A stretch of 63,819 bases of DNA, the filler included, from Octopus bimaculoides (lineage: Eukaryota), in the NCBI RefSeq assembly GCF_001194135.2. It is 7 parts of 7 records of this genome, joined end to end, with 100 filler letters (N's around TTAATTAATTAA, not from the genome) between each part and the next. Parts side by side here need not be neighbours in the genome. Positions count along the whole stretch, not along the records: positions 58,564 to 63,819 come from NC_068997.1; 6 more parts are not named here. One strand, given 5' to 3'. The notes beneath the pieces are model-generated. The model did no database searches and was not told where the DNA came from. It saw only the letters and a program-made list of their open reading frames with translations. How positions within the stretch are numbered: position 1 is the first letter of the stretch; every line of letters starts with the position of its first letter. Below are positions 61,081-63,819 of this stretch, piece after piece. The position numbers were made by a program, and so were the translations under genes.

Positions 61081-63819
61081 TCGATAAAACACTGCTCCGA
61101 AATTTATCCCAAAACATCGGAGATAAAGACATCGCATGGAGCAAAAAATAGCTGACAAAGGGTTGGACTATATCCGAGTAAGTAATACTCATTGAAATTT
61201 ATTTCTATTTTCCAAATGAAATTATGTATTTTAACTGGATATCATCTCCACTGCTCGCACAGTACATGTAAACACGCTTGATACCTTGCGATCCATCAAC
61301 ACCAGACCATCTTCGGCCCCCAACACCATGTACAAAAAAATTACAAATAAATTTTAAAATACCGGTATTATTCAACCCAAGAATAACAATCGGGAAGTGC
61401 GTACTTTAAACTTGTCACAAAAAGGACGAAAAACTACACGTGCAAAACAATCTGACAACAGAAATGAACGGACCGGCACCCTTCGAAAATGATGACCGTC
61501 AAATTAAAGGGCCGGACGTTGTTCCTCATGTCCCGCAACTAAAACCAAAAAGGCATAAATGGACACGTGAGGAATATATTTCAATCCTACACGCTTATTT
61601 TACAGCAATGCTCTACCCAAAGAACGAAAACTCAACAACACATACATATAAAATATGGAAGAAAAATAACCTAAATAATGACTTTAGCTAACATACGAAG
61701 ATATATTCTCAAAGCAAAAAAAAAATATCAGAAATAGTAATAGAACAATTAAAAGGAAAAATACATCAGGAAAATCTAGATAGTAGCTACACAACAATGC
61801 CAAATAATATAAACACTGAGATAGTAAAACACGAAAACAAACGTAACATTTCCAACAAAAACAAAGTAAACAAAAAACAACAAACCCAGACCGGACGGAT
61901 GTATAATAATGCACAAAAAGCACCAATTCAGAACACCACAGACAAACATATGAATGAAACAGAAGGCGAAACAAATCTAAAATCTGGAAACAGTGTAGGG
62001 GAACCTAATGATTATGATACTATAAAAACGAGAATAATCAAAGAACTGAAAACCACAGATCTTAGAATGGACCACAGATTATACCTCCCAAAAATCAAAA
62101 TAGACAATAAAAAAACATCAATAATAAATAGCATAAACCTGACCGTCACGGAAACAGAAATAAATGGCAATATCACTGAGCTAAATAACATAATATATGC
62201 AGCAGCCACTGCAGCCATAAAAGAGAAAAGATCTGTCGATTCTTAACGAAATTAGTAGACAATCAACACTACTAAGTAACAAGAAGAAAACAAAAATACT
62301 GTACAAATACATTACAGAAAAAGATTTACCTGAGGTAAAAGAAAAACTAATGCAAGATATCCTTGCCAAAGCACAAAGGATCCGCCGATATGCGAAATGC
62401 CAACGTTTCTTTGAACAAAACAAACAGTTCAAATCCAACCCCCAAAAATTCTACCAAGAACTTGGCAAAAATAAAATAGACATTACTACAGCACCAACAG
62501 CAGAAGTGGAAGAATTTTGGAAAGAAATATGGTCGATGAAGGAGCGACCTCAGAAAAGGACTATTAAAACAACGAACTTAGCACCTGAGCAACTCTGGAA
62601 CCCTATAACAACTGAAGAGGTCACCCAGGCACTGCAAAGACTAAGCAACTGGAAGGCACCTGGGCACGACAAGATCCCCAACTTCTGGTTAAAATATCTG
62701 ACAGGAATGCACAAAAAGCTGGCATAAAACTTTAACGACATACTAGCAGAGCCAAAGACAATGCCTGAATGGCTCACAAAAGGGAAAAAAACATCCTAAT
62801 TCACAAATCCACGGAAACGGAAAAACCACAAAACTACAGACCTATAACCTGTCTCCCTACAATCTACAAAGCCTTTACTGCAATAATATCGCAAAGATTG
62901 AGTAAGCACCTTGAAGAAAACAACCTGTTTCCAGAAGAGCAGAAGGGATGCTGCAAGGGCTCATACGACTGTAAAGATCAATTAATGATCAATAAAGCCG
63001 TAACTGAAGACAGTCGCAGAAAGAAGAAAGGACTTAGTATGGCCTGGATCGACTACCAAAAGGCTTTTGATAGTGTTCCCCACACGTAGATCCTCGAAAC
63101 ACTAGCCATAAACAAGGTGGCACCAATAATTATAAAATGCATATGACACTCTATGAATAAGTGGCAGACAGTGCTACAGCTCCGAACAAAAGAGGGACTG
63201 GTGAAAACGAAAGCCATCCCCATTAGAAGAGGAATATTCCAGGGAGACACGCTCTCTCCACTCCTGTTCTACTTGGCACTGACACATTTATCTGACATGC
63301 TAAATAGAACTGGATGCGGATACAAATGCTACGGCAAAACAATCAGCCACCTTTTATATATGGATGACCTAAAACTATACACAACAAATGATAAACAGCG
63401 GGAAACATTACTACAGACAGTACATGGATTTACCGAAGAAATACATATGAAATTTGGATTAGTAAAATATGATAAAGCAACCCTGAAAAGAGGAAAATTA
63501 GTTAAGAGTAGCAACATCACACTAGATAAAGCCAATGAAATAAGAGAATTAGACCAAAGCCAGACATATAAATATTTAGGAATCAATGAACTAGATAGGA
63601 TACAACACACACAAATGAAAGAGAAAATAAAGAAAGAATACTATAGACGAGTTAGATCAATACTGAAAACAGAGCTCAATGCTAAAAACAAGATAATAGG
63701 TATTAACACTTTAGCCATCCCAGTTATAAGTTACAGCTACAATATCCTTAACTGGGCACTAAATGAATGAAACAAAATAGACAGGAAAACAAAAAAAATA
63801 ATGACAGGATCTAAGATGC
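61081..63819 (+). mobile_element. R4/Dong-like LINE with intact-looking 5' end; interrupted ORF with RT; runs off the window
   Basis: N-terminal RHKWTREEY..AYF; FEQNKQFKSNPQKFYQEL; KAPGHDKIPNFWLK; NYRPITCLPTIYK; EEQKGC; AWIDYQKAFDSVPH; GIFQGDTLSPLLF; HLLYMDDLKLY. No APE domain upstream of the RT. Several stops and frameshifts. Confidence 0.93.

Overview
AT-rich, microsatellite-laden animal genomic scaffold with many N gaps; the repeat complement and gap style suggest an octopus assembly (inference). One host gene is recognisable: the last three coding exons of a laminin gamma chain on + (15485-15643, 17489-17588, 18249-18514). They splice in frame and end in GCFKPLNLEKTK*, with a splice-donor-like GTGAG directly after the stop. 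The rest is mostly transposon debris: RTE LINE fragments, two Penelope-like (GIY-YIG) elements, mariner/maT transposase relics, MITEs, at least three tRNA-derived SINE families and several restriction-like-endonuclease (RLE) LINEs. The most interesting pattern is microsatellite-targeted retrotransposition. Three R4/Dong-like LINEs are chained through (TAA)n tracts (58927-63819), a 555-bp non-coding element sits inside (TAA)n, and a second RLE family is joined to (CATA)n tracts. Other oddities are a perfect 443-bp fold-back, a nested fold-back MITE, a promoter-like cluster of three palindromes with no recognisable gene, and sharp CpG-density domains. No rRNA, bona fide tRNA or CRISPR is supported. 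Most long ORFs in the track are microsatellite or N-gap artefacts. TE boundaries are by eye, about +/-20-50 bp unless a junction is quoted.
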